Assembly (NCBI RefSeq): GCF_963921235.1
Contig: NC_086108.1
Span: 106,642,001-106,706,000 of the forward strand
Length of the DNA stretch: 64,000 bases
Reading direction: 5' to 3'
Origin: Mobula hypostoma
Taxonomy: Eukaryota
Positions 1-11,765 of this stretch are shown here, in pieces. The notes below the pieces were generated by a model. The model saw only the letters and a program-made list of their open reading frames with translations. It had not been told where the DNA came from and searched no databases. The position numbers and the translations under genes are program-made. Every line of letters begins with the position of its first letter. Position 1 is the stretch's first letter.

Positions 1-65
1 TCTGGCAGGACGTGAAGGATGGTAAAACCTCCGGAAAGAGAGCTCACAGTTACTTAAACAGAAGA

Positions 66-566
66 AGTTTTATCTTTATCTGAGAAAGGATGTATTGTCA
101 TTGGAGAGAGTCCAGAGGAGGTTCACAAAGGTGATGAGGAGTGTTTGGCAGCTTTGGGCCTGTACTCATTGGAATTTAGAAGAATGCAGTGGAGTTTCAT
201 GGAAAACTACTGAATGTTGAAAGGACCAGATAAGTTGGATGTAGAGAGGATGTTTCCTCTAGTGGGGGTATCCAGAACTAAAGGGGACAGCCTCAAAATT
301 GAGGGGTGACCTTTTAGAACATAAGTAAGGAGAAATTTTTTTAGGCAAAGACTGGTGAAACTGTGGAATCTGCCACAGACTACACAGGAGGCCAAGTCCG
401 TGGGTAGATTCAAAGCAGACGTTGATAGACTCCTGATTGGTCAGGGCATCAAGGGATACAGTGTATGTGGTTGAATGGGATCTGGAATCAACCATGATGG
501 AATGGTGGAGCAGACCGGATGGGCTAATTGGCCTAATTCCACTCTTATGTCTTATGGTCTTATGGA
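66..566 (+). mobile_element. CR1 LINE 3' fragment (degenerate ORF2 C-terminus + 3' UTR)
   Basis: Same ORF2 C-terminal/3'UTR sequence as the CR1 copies ending at 45250 and 54830; ends in a (TCTTATGG)n-type tail. Confidence 0.85.
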
Positions 567-729
567 CTGTCAGTCTGTCTATCTATCCGTAGTCGGTCTG
601 TCTATCTAACATTTAAGAGGTATTTGACAGGCAGATAAACAGACAGGGAAACGAGGAGACAGGAACCATGTACAGGCAGATGTGATTACATTGGCATCAA
701 GTTCAGAACAGACGTGGAACATAGTTCAC

Positions 730-1135
730 AGAGAATAGAATGGTAGAGCACAGCAAAAGGCCTTTAGTCCACAATGCTGTGCTGAATTAAATTAGTAACT
801 AATTGCCCAGTGAAACTAACCCCTTCTGCCTTCACAATGTCCATATCTTTTCAGTTCCTGCATATTCACTTGCCCATCTAGGAGCCTGTTGAATGTCCCT
901 AACATAGCTGCCTCCACCATCCAAGCCCAGCAGCACATTCTAGACACCAATCCCTCTGCGAGTCAAAGCCTTGCCCGCAGCATCTCATTAGAACTTAGCC
1001 GCTTTCACCTTAAATGCACATCCTCTGCTATTACACATATCAGCTCTGGGGAAAGAAGAAGCTGGCTGTCTGCACTGTTTATGCCTCTTTTAACCGTAAA
1101 ACTTCTATCATGTCTCCTCTCAACCTCTGCTACCC
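730..1135 (-). mobile_element. Old CR1 3' fragment
   Basis: Reverse complement resembles the CR1 3' ends elsewhere in the window (GGCCT..TGTGCT..TATTCT tail); heavily decayed. Confidence 0.6.
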
Positions 1136-1184
1136 AAGATAAAACACCCCAAGTTTTTACATTAGGTACTGCTTTGATCTGCAA

Positions 1185-1735
1185 TTGTCCACAAAAAATT
1201 GCAGAGTTGTGGACACAGCTCGGAACATCACAGAAACCAGATTCCCCTCCATGGACTCTGTCTACTGCCCTAGTGAAGCAGCCAACATAATCAAAGACCT
1301 CACCCATCCTGGGCATTCTCTCTCCTCCCTTCTTCCATTGGGCAGAAGATACAAAAGTCTAAATACATGTACCGCAGGCAAAAGGACATCTTCTACCCAA
1401 CTGTTATCAGACTATTAAGTAGTTCCCTAGTATGATAAATTGGAGACCTGACCTCACAATCAACATCGTTATAGCCTTTGCACCTTATTGTTTTTGTTCC
1501 ACTGCACTTTCTCAGTTACGTATAGCTGGCTGGTGGTGTAGTGGCATTAACACCAGCACCAGACTTCGAGGCGAATGGCCCCAAGTTCAAATCCGGCCAG
1601 CCCCTTGCACACTTTCCATCCATACTGGGTTGAGCTTTGAGCTAGCAACTTGGCTTTGTAAAAAATGCCGCCAGATGCACCACATGGTGTGAAAAAGAAC
1701 AATAAATTTCTCCGTAGCTGTTACACTTTATTCTG
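1185..1735 (+). mobile_element. Rex1/Babar-like LINE 3' fragment, split by a SINE
   Basis: Translates IIKDLTHPGHSLSSLLPLGRRYKSL, the C-terminal motif shared by the Rex-type copies at 33345 and 48015. Confidence 0.75.
1525..1700 (+). mobile_element. tRNA-derived SINE
   Basis: A-box TGGTGTAGTGG (1534-1544), B-box GTTCAAATCC (1585-1594), A-rich end. Confidence 0.7.
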
Positions 1736-1736
1736 C

Positions 1737-2450
1737 ATAACCATATAACAATTACAGCATGGAAACAGGCCATCTCAGCCCTTCTACTCTGTGCCGAATT
1801 CATACTCTCACCTAGTCCCACCGACCTGCACTCGGTCCAGAACCCTCCATTCCCTTCCTTTCCATATATTTATCCAATTTAACTTTAAACGACAACATCG
1901 AACCTGCCTCAAACACTTCTGCTGGAAGCTCATTCCACACAGCCACCACTCTCTGAGTAAAGAAGTTCCCCCTCATGTTACCCCCAAACTTTTGCCCTTT
2001 AACTCTCAACTCATGTCCTCTTGTTTGAATCTCCCCGACTTTCAATGGAAAAAGCCTATCCACGTCAACTCTATCAATCCCACTCATAATTTTAAACACC
2101 TCTATCAAGTCCCCTCTCAACCTTCTACGCTCCAAAGAATAAAGACCTAACTTGTTAAACCTTTCTCTGTAACTTAGGAGATGAAACCCAGGCAACATTT
2201 TAGTAAACCTCCACTGTACTCTCTCAATTTTATTGGCAACTTTCCTATAATTCGGTGACCAGAACTGTACACAATACTCCAAATTTGGCCTTACCAATGC
2301 CTTATACAATTTCAACATTACATCCCAACTCCTATACTCAATGCTCTGATTAATAAAGGTCAGCATACCAAAAGCTTTCTTCACCACCCTATTCACACGA
2401 GATTCCACCTTCAGGGAACTATGCACCGTTATTCCTAGATCCCTCTGCCC
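1737..2450 (-). mobile_element. CR1 LINE 3' end with open ORF2 C-terminus
   Basis: ORF 1812-2426: LYKALVRPNLEYCVQFWSP...LERRRLRGDLIEVFKI...TRGH...FFTQRVV, the diagnostic CR1 ORF2 tail. Confidence 0.95.
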
Positions 2451-2524
2451 TACTTTGTTCTACCTCAATGTATTATGTAATGATCTGATCAGTAAGCAAG
2501 ATAAGATTTTCATTGTCTCTAGGT

Positions 2525-3170
2525 ACACCCACCCACCCTGCTCATGGACTGTTTGTCCCACTCCCATCAGGGAGGAGGCTACATAGCATCCATGCCAGGA
2601 ACACCAGACTTAAAAAACAGTTACTTTCCCAAAGCAGTAAGACTGATCAACACCTCCACCCACTAATCCACCTTTCACACCCCCAACCACCACTACTTTA
2701 TCATTTTCTGTAAGTTACTCCTGTGCCTACTGTCACCCTATGGACATTAACTCCATCTATGTATACCTTATAAGCTGTTTTACATCTTAACCTGTATATT
2801 TGAACAGAGAGTGGTGAACCTGTGGAATTCAATGACACAGCTGTGAAGGATTCCAAGTCATTGGGTATATTTAAGGCAGAGGTTGATGATTTTTGATTAG
2901 TCAGGTCATGAAGGGATGTGGGGAGAAGGCAGGAGACTGGGGCTGAGAGGAAAATTGGATCAGCTATGATGAAATGGCAGAACAGACTCAATGGGCCAAA
3001 TAGCCTAATTCTGCTCCTATATCCTATTATCTTATATTTATTGTGTTTTTTTTAATTATTGCGTTCTTTATCTTGTTGTGTTTTTTTTTGTGAGGTATCA
3101 GATCCAGAGTAACAATTTTTTTCTCCTTTGCATTTATGTACTGGAATTGACATTAAACAATCTTGAACAC
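2525..3170 (+). mobile_element. Rex1/Babar 3' end interrupted by a CR1 3' tail (~2802-3032)
   Basis: THPAHGLFVPLPSGRRL motif; the CR1 tail is flanked by TATATTT on both sides. Confidence 0.75.
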
Positions 3171-3301
3171 GTGACAATAATAAACCAATTCCATTTCCAA
3201 TATCAAGGAATCATATCTGCTTATTGAAAGTCACTGCCCAGACGTATACCATTTGTTCCACTTCTTCCCCCTTCATTTAGTGTTATTACATACCGAGCTA
3301 T

Positions 3302-3588
3302 TGTAGCGATGTGCTACACGCAGCGCTAGAATAACCACACGGAGTCGGTGAGTTAGAGTTGCGATGAAAGAGATTTATTCAAACTTCGCGGCCCGCTTTA
3401 AAGCCTTCCCGTTTCCGCCCTCCCTGGGCGGGACTACTGTGGGGAATGCATATTCCCAGACCCTTTCTGCGCGCGGGATTTTCCCCCTGCTGGTGAAGAT
3501 GGCCTGGCGCCCTTTTTGCTGCCGGCCCTCTCCCTGCGCGCGCTGTTTCGTGAGCTGGTTCGTGGGTGCCAGAAAGTGGGTCGCCACA
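3302..3588 (-). mobile_element. Solo LTR (Gypsy-like, 287 bp, CpG-rich)
   Basis: TG...CA ends; terminal inverted TGTAGCGA/TCGCCACA (7/8); flanks CTAT/CTAC (4-bp TSD, 1 mismatch); AATAAA on the minus strand near 3374. Confidence 0.75.
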
Positions 3589-3611
3589 CTACAATAGATT
3601 GTTTTTTCATC

Positions 3612-5430
3612 CTAAGGAAGGCTATTTTAAGAGCAAAGAAACTATTCCAATTGAAGTTAGATTTGGAATCGGATGCACGTCAGCTCCAGCAGGGCTTGCT
3701 CAATGCCTGTTATGCATGTTTTGAAGGGGAGAATGAAACCACACCAGCATGACTGCCTGGTGACTCTGTGATCTCTGTCTTGGAGGCTGAAGTCGGAACA
3801 TCTTTCGAGAAGATGAACCCTTGCAAGGTGTCAAGCCCTGATGATGTCTCTGGTAGGCTAGAGAAACCTGTGCCAACCAGCTGGCAGGAGTTTTCAAGGA
3901 GATCTTCAATCTGTCACTGCTGCAGTTAGAGGTTCCCACCAGCTTCAAAAGGGTGACAATCATACTAGTGCCCCAGAAGAGCAGGGTGAGCTGCCGCAAT
4001 AACCATCGCCCAGTTGCACTCACAACTACTGTGATGAAGTGCTTTGACAGGTTGGTCATGGCCAGAATCAACTCCTGCCTAAGCAAGGACCCGGACCCAC
4101 TGCAGTCTGCCCTATCATCACAATAGGTCCACAGTGGATGCAATCTCACTGGCTCTCCACTCAGCCTCAGATCACCTGTCAATAGCAATACCAATACCAA
4201 TGTCAGGCTGCTGTGTAATGATTGCAGCTCACATTGTATCAGAGGGATTGGAAGGTAGGCTGATGGAGTGGTGTGGCTCTACTGGTAAAGAATGGCATCA
4301 AATCAGTAGAAAGATGTGAATAGGATCGGAAGACGTTGAATCCTTGTGGGTTGAGTTAAGAAACTGCAAGGCTAAAAGGATCGTGATGGTAGTTATATAC
4401 CGGCCTCCCAACAGTGGCTGGGAGGAGCACCACAGATTACAGGAAATAGAAAAGGCTTTTCAAAAGGGTAATGTTATGATAATCAAGGATACATGCGTAT
4501 CCTGCTCTTCTACTCTTTCTACACTCATGACTGTGCGGCTAGGCACTGCTCAAACACCGTCTATAAATTTGCCAATGACACAACTGTTGTTGGAAGAATT
4601 TTGATGGCGACAAGGAGGCATACAGGAGCAAGAAAGGTCAGCTGGTTGAGTGGTGTCACAGCAACAACCTGGCACTCATTGTCAGTAAGACCAAGGAACT
4701 GATTGTAGACTTCAGGAAGGATAAATCAAGAGAACACACGCAAGTCATCACCGAGGGATCAGAAGTGGAAAAGGTGAGCAGTTTTAAGGTGCTGGCTGTC
4801 AACATCTCTGCCGATCTATCCTGTACCAAAAATATTTATGCAATTACAAAGACATGACAGTGGCTATATTTCATTAGCAGCTTGAGGAGAATTGGTGTGT
4901 CGCCAAATACACTCGCAAATTGCTACAGATGTGCCGTAAAGAGCACCATAACTGGTTGCATCATCGTCTGGAATGGAGTAGCCACAGCACAGGATCAGAA
5001 AAGCTGCAGGAAGTTGTGAACTCAGTCAGCACCATCATGGACTCTAGCCTGCCCTGCATCCAGGACACCCCCAAAAGGCAATGCCTCATAAAGTCAGTAT
5101 CCATCATTAAGGACCCCCATCAGCCATGACATGTCCTCTTCTCATTGTTGCCATCAGGGAGGAGGTACAGGAGCCTGAAGACACACTCTCAATGTTGTAG
5201 GAATAGCTTCTTCCCCTCTGCCATCAGATTTCTGAATGGACAATACACCCATGAACACTACCTCAATAGTTTTTCCTCTCTTTTGCACTACTGATTTAAT
5301 TTTTTACATATATTTCTTATTGTAGTTGATAGTGTCTTGTATTATGTGTTGCAGTGTACTGCTGTCACAAAACAAAAAAATTCATGACATATCCCAGTGA
5401 TATTAAATCTTATTCAGATTCTGATTCTGT
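3612..5430 (+). mobile_element. Degenerate Rex1/Babar LINE (RT region to 3' tail)
   Basis: QLAGVFKEIFNLSLLQLEVPTSFKRVTII, KFANDTTVVG and IIKDPHQP motifs with frameshifts; (TTCTGA)n tail; contains a CR1 endonuclease fragment at ~4250-4485. Confidence 0.85.
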
Positions 5431-5624
5431 TTCAGTAAATAGCTTTGTGTTTTGCATTCCAGCCAGACAGATGATGGTGTGAATAATGCATTGAAGTAGT
5501 TGAAAAGAAAATGGAATGCAGAATATAGTGTTACCAAAGAAGAGCAGTGCAGGCAGAGAATAAGGTGCAGGGGCTATAGTAAGCTAGACTTCTCACATGC
5601 TCAAAGAGTCCTTGAAACATCAAA

Positions 5625-6130
5625 CACAGATCTGAGGGGTATAGATAAAGCATATGCAAGCAGGCTTTTTTCCCACTAAGAATGGGTGAGACTAGAACTA
5701 GAGTTCATAGGTTAGGGGTGAAAAGAGAACCATTTAAGGGGAACCTCTTTGCTCAGAAGGTGCTGTAAGTGTGTTACCAGCTGCCAGCAGATGCGGGTTT
5801 GATTGCTTCATTTACAAAAAGTTTAAATAAATACGTGGATGTGAGGGGTTCAAAGGGCTTTGCTCTAGGCATGAGCTGATTGGAGTAGGCAGAGTTAAAG
5901 CTTGGTATGGGCTCGATGGTCTGATCGGCATTTTTTTCTGTGCAAAAGCGCTCTATGACTCTATGATTCTATTATATTTAAGGTGGAGCTTTATGGCTAT
6001 TTTCAAGATGGATGAATTTGAGGGATGTGGTGAACTAACACAGAAGAGGAGTTGAGTCCAGCATCGATCAGCCGTGATCATATTGAATGGGAGGACATGC
6101 TTGTGTGGCCGAGTGGTCTATTCCTGCTCT
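5625..6130 (+). mobile_element. Two tandem old CR1 3' fragments
   Basis: Sequence similar to the TRTRGH/NFFTQRVV region and CR1 3' UTR tails. Confidence 0.65.
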
Positions 6131-6184
6131 TAGGAACGCAGAAGGCCAGGCAGCATATTGGGTGAAGACCTCCCCCGGGTCGTC

Positions 6185-6465
6185 TCCGCCTTTCTTTTCT
6201 CCCATAGTCACTCTCCTCTGCCATCAGATTTCTTCCACTGTAACCCACTACCTTTCCTACCCACTTGGCTTCACCTATCACCTTCTCCTCCTCCCCCCAC
6301 ATTTTTATTCTGGCATCTTCCCTCTTCCTTCCCAGATATGAAGAAGGATGTTGGCCTGAAACGTTGACGGTTTATTTATTTTCATAGATGCTGCCTGACC
6401 TGCAGAGCTCCTCCAGCATTTTGCGTGTGTTATCCTGCAGCAATTGCAGAATCTCTTGTGTTTCC
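6185..6465 (+). mobile_element. Penelope-like element terminus with decayed hammerhead motif
   Basis: Pyrimidine-rich tract, then (A)TGAAGA..GGCCT-GAAA-CGTT-GAC and GATGCTGCCTGACCTGC, homologous to the 14325 and 48325 copies. Confidence 0.7.
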
Positions 6466-6766
6466 CCCTGCTCCAATTTTCTTGCGCCACCAGTCAAAGA
6501 AGAACCAAGGTCTCCCACCGGGTCACTGCACAATAATTGTCGCTCAGCCAACAGCGCGAAATGGATGAAAACATATCACAGGAACAGCTAAGTGGGCCAA
6601 GCCAAAACCACAAAGACAAACTTGGGGGTGTCAGTCAACGAGACTGTGTATCAGGACTCAGGGGGGGCTCGGTCCAAGATATTGACCTGCACCACTTGTC
6701 TCCACAGATCCTGCTTGACAAATGAGTTCTTCCAGCGTTCTGCTTCTGTTTTGTTTTTGAATTTAA

Positions 6767-6768
6767 CG

Positions 6769-6810
<42 letters not shown>
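6767..6810. repeat. (CG)n(CA)n microsatellite
   Basis: ACGCGCGCGCGCACACACA... alternating purine/pyrimidine run. Confidence 0.95.
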
Positions 6811-7089
6811 AATGTGCTGGGGGCAGTCCACAAGTATTGCCAAACATTCCAATGCCCACCATGGTCATTGGAGTAACACAAGCAACAACAGAACAATACA
6901 AGACAACAACTGCAGAGAAAACCCCTTTACCACCCTGCCACATACCCACTCTCTCTCAAACACACACACAGAACACCAGCCCCAGGTCAGGCCACTTTTG
7001 GTTCTCCAGACCTTGGCCCCAGACACTCAGATTTGCAGACATTGGGCTTGCACCCTCCAGCCCGTGGCATAGACTGATAACAGTCTGTA

Positions 7090-7654
7090 CACTCAGAGGC
7101 CTCTTTATTAGGTACGTCCTGTACCTAACAAAGTGAACACTGAGTGTATGTTCATGGTCTTCTGCAGCTGTTTCCCATTCACTTCAAGGTTCAAAATGTT
7201 GGCATTCAGAGATGCTCTTCTGCACACCACTGTTGTAACACGTGGTTATTTGAGTTATCATCACCTTCTTGTCAGCTTAAACCAGTCTGGCCATTCTCCT
7301 CTGACCTCTCACATTAACAAGGCATTTTCACCCTCAGACTGCCACTCACTGGATGTTTTTTGTTTTTCACACCATTCTCTAGAAACCCTGGAGACTAATA
7401 CATGAAAACCCTAGGAGATCATCAATTTCTGAGCTACTTAAACCACCCCATCTGGCACCAACAATCATTCCACTGTCAGAGTCATGTAAATCACATTTCT
7501 TCCCCTTTCTGATATTTGGTCTGAAAATCAACTGAACCTTTTGTCCATGTCTGCATGCTTTTATGCATTGAATTGCTGCCAAATGATTGGCTGATTAGAT
7601 ATTTGCATTAATGAGCAGGTGTAGTGGTGTACCTAATAAAGTGGCCACTGAGTG
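7090..7654 (-). mobile_element. Tc1/mariner-derived non-autonomous DNA transposon
   Basis: TIRs CACTCAG(A/T)GGCC(T/A)CTTTATTAGGTAC; TA on the left flank; minus ORF GKKCDLHDSDSGMIVGARWGGLSSSEIDDLLGFS resembles the Tc1 transposase N-terminal HTH. Confidence 0.85.
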
Positions 7655-8019
7655 TGCAAGATAACGATTAGACCAAGTTTTAAACTGACTCGCATTGACA
7701 ATTTCCATTGTCAGCAGAAAACAGGCGATGGATCATTGTTACAGCCCTTCCCTCAAACATAGCTGAGCTGCTGACAAGACAGAAAAAAATGTAAGCAGGT
7801 GACATTTTACATCTATTAATTCCAGTCATTTGCAAAAGTCAGCTGGCTTATTGGCTTCAGGGAGTGAAAACAGCTTAAATTTTACAAACCCTTTTTATGC
7901 GTTTTTAATACATTTAATTTGCACCAGTAAATCATAAGACCATAAGATATAGAGCAGAACTGGGCCGCTCGGCCTGTCGAGTCTGCTCAGCCAGTTCATC
8001 GTGGCTCTGTGCCAGGACA

Positions 8020-9625
8020 TCTGTTGTTAGTGAGGTTGGTGACCTGGATGAAAATGTAAATGGGTGGGTTTATAAATTTGAAGATGTTATGAAGATTGGT
8101 GTTGTTGTGGATAATGTAGATGACTGGCAAAGATTACAGAGGGATATAGATCATTTGCAGATAAAAGTGGAGAAATTGCAGGTAGAGATTAAACCGGTTA
8201 AATGTAAAAAGACAGTACACTGGTAAGGGCAAGACCTTCAACAGCGTTGTTGAGGGATTATGGGGCCAAGTTCATAGTTCCCTGAAAGTGGCCGCATAGG
8301 TTGATAGGGTGGTTAAGAAGACACATGCCACACTTGCCTTTGTTAGTTGAGGCATTGAGTTCCAAAGGCAGGAAGTCATGTTACAGCTTTATAAAGCTCT
8401 AGTTAGGCCGCATCTAGAGTATTGTGTACAGTCCTATCACAGGAAGGATGTCGAGACTTTGGAGAGGATGCAGAAGAGGTTTACCAAGATGTTCCCTGGA
8501 TTCGGGGGCATTGGCTATAATGAGACATTGGACAAAGGTGGGTTGTTTTCTCTGGAGTAGTGAAGACAGGCTGAAGGGAGGCCGGATAATGGTTAATAAG
8601 AGTATAAGAGACATAGATAGAGTCAACAGGCAGTATCTTTTTCCCAGGGTTAGTTAGATAGATAGATAGATATACTTTATTGATCCCGAGGGAAATTGGG
8701 TTTCGTTATAGCCGTACCAACCAAGAATAGAGCATAAATATAGCAATACAAAAACCACAAACAATCAAACGACAATATGCAAACTATGCCAGATGGAAAT
8801 AAGTCCAGGACCAGCCTATTGGCACAGGGTGTCTGACCCTCCACAGGAGGAGCTGCAAAGTTCGATGGCCACAGGCAGGAACAACCTCCTGTGACGCCCA
8901 GTGTTGTATCTCGGTGGAATATGGCCGGAGTCCAACAGCAAAAAGTTCAATATCCTGTCTACAAACATGTTCCTCTATCGTAATATGACCAGGATTGCAC
9001 CATCCGTTGTTAACCAGAACAGCAAGCCCCCAACTCATTTACACTTACCGCTCTCAGTGCACTTCCGGTCAGCCCGAACGGTCTGGTAGCCGTCCATGAA
9101 AATGCTTTGATCAGGTATGTCCTCGTGCAGCCCCGTTTCAGTAAAACACATAAGACTGCACTCCTGAAATGTTCTCTGACTCCTGGCTAGCGCCGTGAAC
9201 TCGTCCATTTTATTACCCACCGAACTCCTCTTCCCCATAAGTCTCTGTTGTCTCGACCCGGTCCTCTTTCCTCGACTTTGCGATCCCCCTCTGCATTCTC
9301 TGTGTGTTGAAATGTCTAATACCAGAGGGCATGGATTTAAGATGAGAGGGGGCAATTTCAAAGGAGATGTGAGGGGAAAGTTTCTCACACAAGGAGTGGT
9401 GGATGTCTGGAATGCACTGGCTGAGATGGTGGTAGAGGCAGATACATTATAGATTTTTGAAAGACGTTTAGATAGGAACCTAACTATGAGGAAAATGGAA
9501 GGATATGGACATTGCGTAGGCAGAAGAGATTAGTTTAGTTGGCCTTAATAAATTACTAATTTATTTGGTTCAGCACGTCACTGTGAGCTGAAGGGCCTGT
9601 TCCTGTGCTGTATTGCTCTATATTT
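8020..9625 (+). mobile_element. CR1 LINE RT/3' fragment, split by the insertion at 8652-9300
   Basis: LYKALVRPHLEYCVQ motif; the reading context YLFPRV resumes after the insert as EMSNTRGH. Confidence 0.85.
8652..9300 (-). mobile_element. Internally deleted Rex/Babar-like element (AP-endonuclease N-terminus fused to the 3' end)
   Basis: Minus ORFs NKMDEF...LMCFTETGLHEDIPD...RADR...GLAVLVNNGWC...LRPY match an APE domain; (TATC)n tail at 8652-8672. Confidence 0.75.
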
Positions 9626-10154
9626 GATGTAAATGTCACCTCACATTCTGGCTCCAACAGAGCATGGACACACTGCTTGGTGGAACAACACAGAACACAA
9701 TGAGCAACAGAATGGCGATAGCAAAGCAAGCCCCCTTCCTCTCTTCCACCCACACACACAAGGACAGTACTCCAACCCCAGGTCTGACCTCCAGGCTTCC
9801 GGTCTTCGGCTATTGGTCTTCGATTTGAGACTTCCAATCAAGTGTTGTGCTTCTATATTCGGTATTGATTCATGGACTACTCGCTGACATGACCCAGTCT
9901 CCAGGCCTTGCTGAATCACTGGCCCTCATTCCTCCTGCTCACACTGACAACTATCCCAAGATGCACTGACCTGCAGCAGCCCAACATCCAATGACATCCT
10001 TCATCACATGTCCACATCGCTGGCATCCGAGTGCATGAAACCATTTTCATTTCCTGCGCTCCACTCCACTAAGCAATGGGTTAAGTTCTATAAGATCACC
10101 TTGATTATCCTGCCAGATAATTTTGCTGTCTATCATGATGGCAGAGTATACAAA

Positions 10155-10668
10155 GACTGAAATGAACATTGTTTTCTCTAACCTGGTAATTTCCACCACC
10201 CCCCCCCCTCACTCATCTTCAATTCCCCACTCAGGCTCCCCTCATACCTTTTCTCTTTCCGTCTCCTGCCTATCATGTCCCTCTGGTGCCCCTCCTCCTA
10301 CCCTTCCTCCCATGGTTCACTCTGCTCGCCTATCAGATTCCTTCTACTTCAGCCATTTACTTTTTCCACCTATCATCACTCAGCTTCTTGCTTCATCCTT
10401 CCCTCCCCCATAGACTTATCTTCCCCCCCCTTACATGGTCTCACCTATCACTTATCAGTTTGTGCTCCATCCTCTTCCCCACCTTATTATTCTGCCTCCT
10501 TCCCCTGCACCCCACCCTTCGCCTTCCTTTCCAGTCCTGATGAAGGGTTGTGGACTGAAATGTCAACTGTCTATTCCCCTCCATAGATACTGCCTGATCT
10601 GCTGAGTTCCTCTAGCATTTTGTCGGTGTTGTTCTGCATTTCCAACATCTGTAGAATCTCTCGTGTTT
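10155..10668 (+). mobile_element. Penelope-like element 3' terminus with hammerhead motif at 10532-10569
   Basis: MNIVFSNL resembles a Penelope ORF end; CAGTC-CTGATGA-...-GAAA-TGTC-AACTG; downstream GATACTGCCTGATCTGCTGAGTTCCTCTAGCATT. Confidence 0.75.
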
Positions 10669-11424
10669 TTGAGATGTTTCCATCTGTGACTCAGTGCGCC
10701 TTTAATTTTACTTGCTTTGTAGTTTTAATTTACCCTTCCTCAGCCGACAGCAGCAATCACAAAATAGACCTCGGAGGGAAAACAGTTCTCGACAAAGCCC
10801 ACGTCTCCCCTCCTGCAGGATATCAGCAAATCAAAATGCAGGAACACCTACCCATTAGGATGTGATTCATGGCCTGTGGTCAGCATTTAAGTCGAGTTGA
10901 AAAAGGAAACTTTGCACAACATTCTTTTCATTCCTGCATTGACCTGCAGAGATTTTGTTTCAAAGGCCAACAGAGGGAAGTAAATTGCTTCGAAGGGTCT
11001 TTTTTCATGGAATGATTGACATTGTCGTAAGGGGTTCTGTTGCACTATTGTCTAAGCAGTTTTGCAAGATGATAGATGTTGTGAAAGGGAATTTTGCCTG
11101 ACACTAAGAGGCTCAGTCAGAGATGTTCTCTCAGTGATTCTCAATCAATCCTGACTGGAAACACACAGCAGTGTTTGTACTCTGTTTTTACCCTTTTTAA
11201 AGTCTACAACCACTTAAATTAACTCTTCAAATGCTGATTTCCTTGGAGACGATGCAGTTGACGCTTCCTCAAGCCCAGTGTTGCAATGAACAAATGAATC
11301 TTGCTCAGCCAGTTTTTCCAGTGGATGAATGGGGAAAGCTTTAGCTAGAAAATATTAAGGAGAAACTTATTTCCACTGGTGAATGCATTCTGAATCAAAA
11401 TCAGGTTTATCTTCTGGTTTACTG

Positions 11425-11765
11425 GGTGGTGGGATGGACATATATCTCTACCAAAGGAGGTGTAATGTGCTCCAGTTTAGCCCCTGATAAGGGTCACATG
11501 AAGCCACAGGAGCAGGTGGTGGATGGTAGTACGAGCAGCTGGTGCATATCACAAGTCCTAGTTATGCGACCACTGACGTCAGGCAGACAATTTCTGAAGA
11601 GTATTGATCATGGCTAGGGTTACCCATCTTGTAAAGACACTGTCCAGAAGGAGGCAATGGCAAACCACTTCTGCCAAGAACAATCCTGGTCAAATGACCA
11701 TAATTGCCTATGTCACACAACGTGGCACACTGTCTCGAAGGACAATGGGTGATCATCATCATCGC
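11425..11765 (+). mobile_element. RTE-5'-related non-autonomous retroposon
   Basis: GGCAATGGCAAACCACT motif as in RTE/BovB 5' regions; a second copy is split by CR1 at 52375-52540 and 54832-55020. Confidence 0.55.

Noticed and set aside
3298..3597. MITE with 9-bp TIR CTATTGTAG/CTACAATAG
   Set aside because: No TSD outside these ends; the TG..CA solo-LTR reading with a 4-bp TSD and poly-A signal fits better
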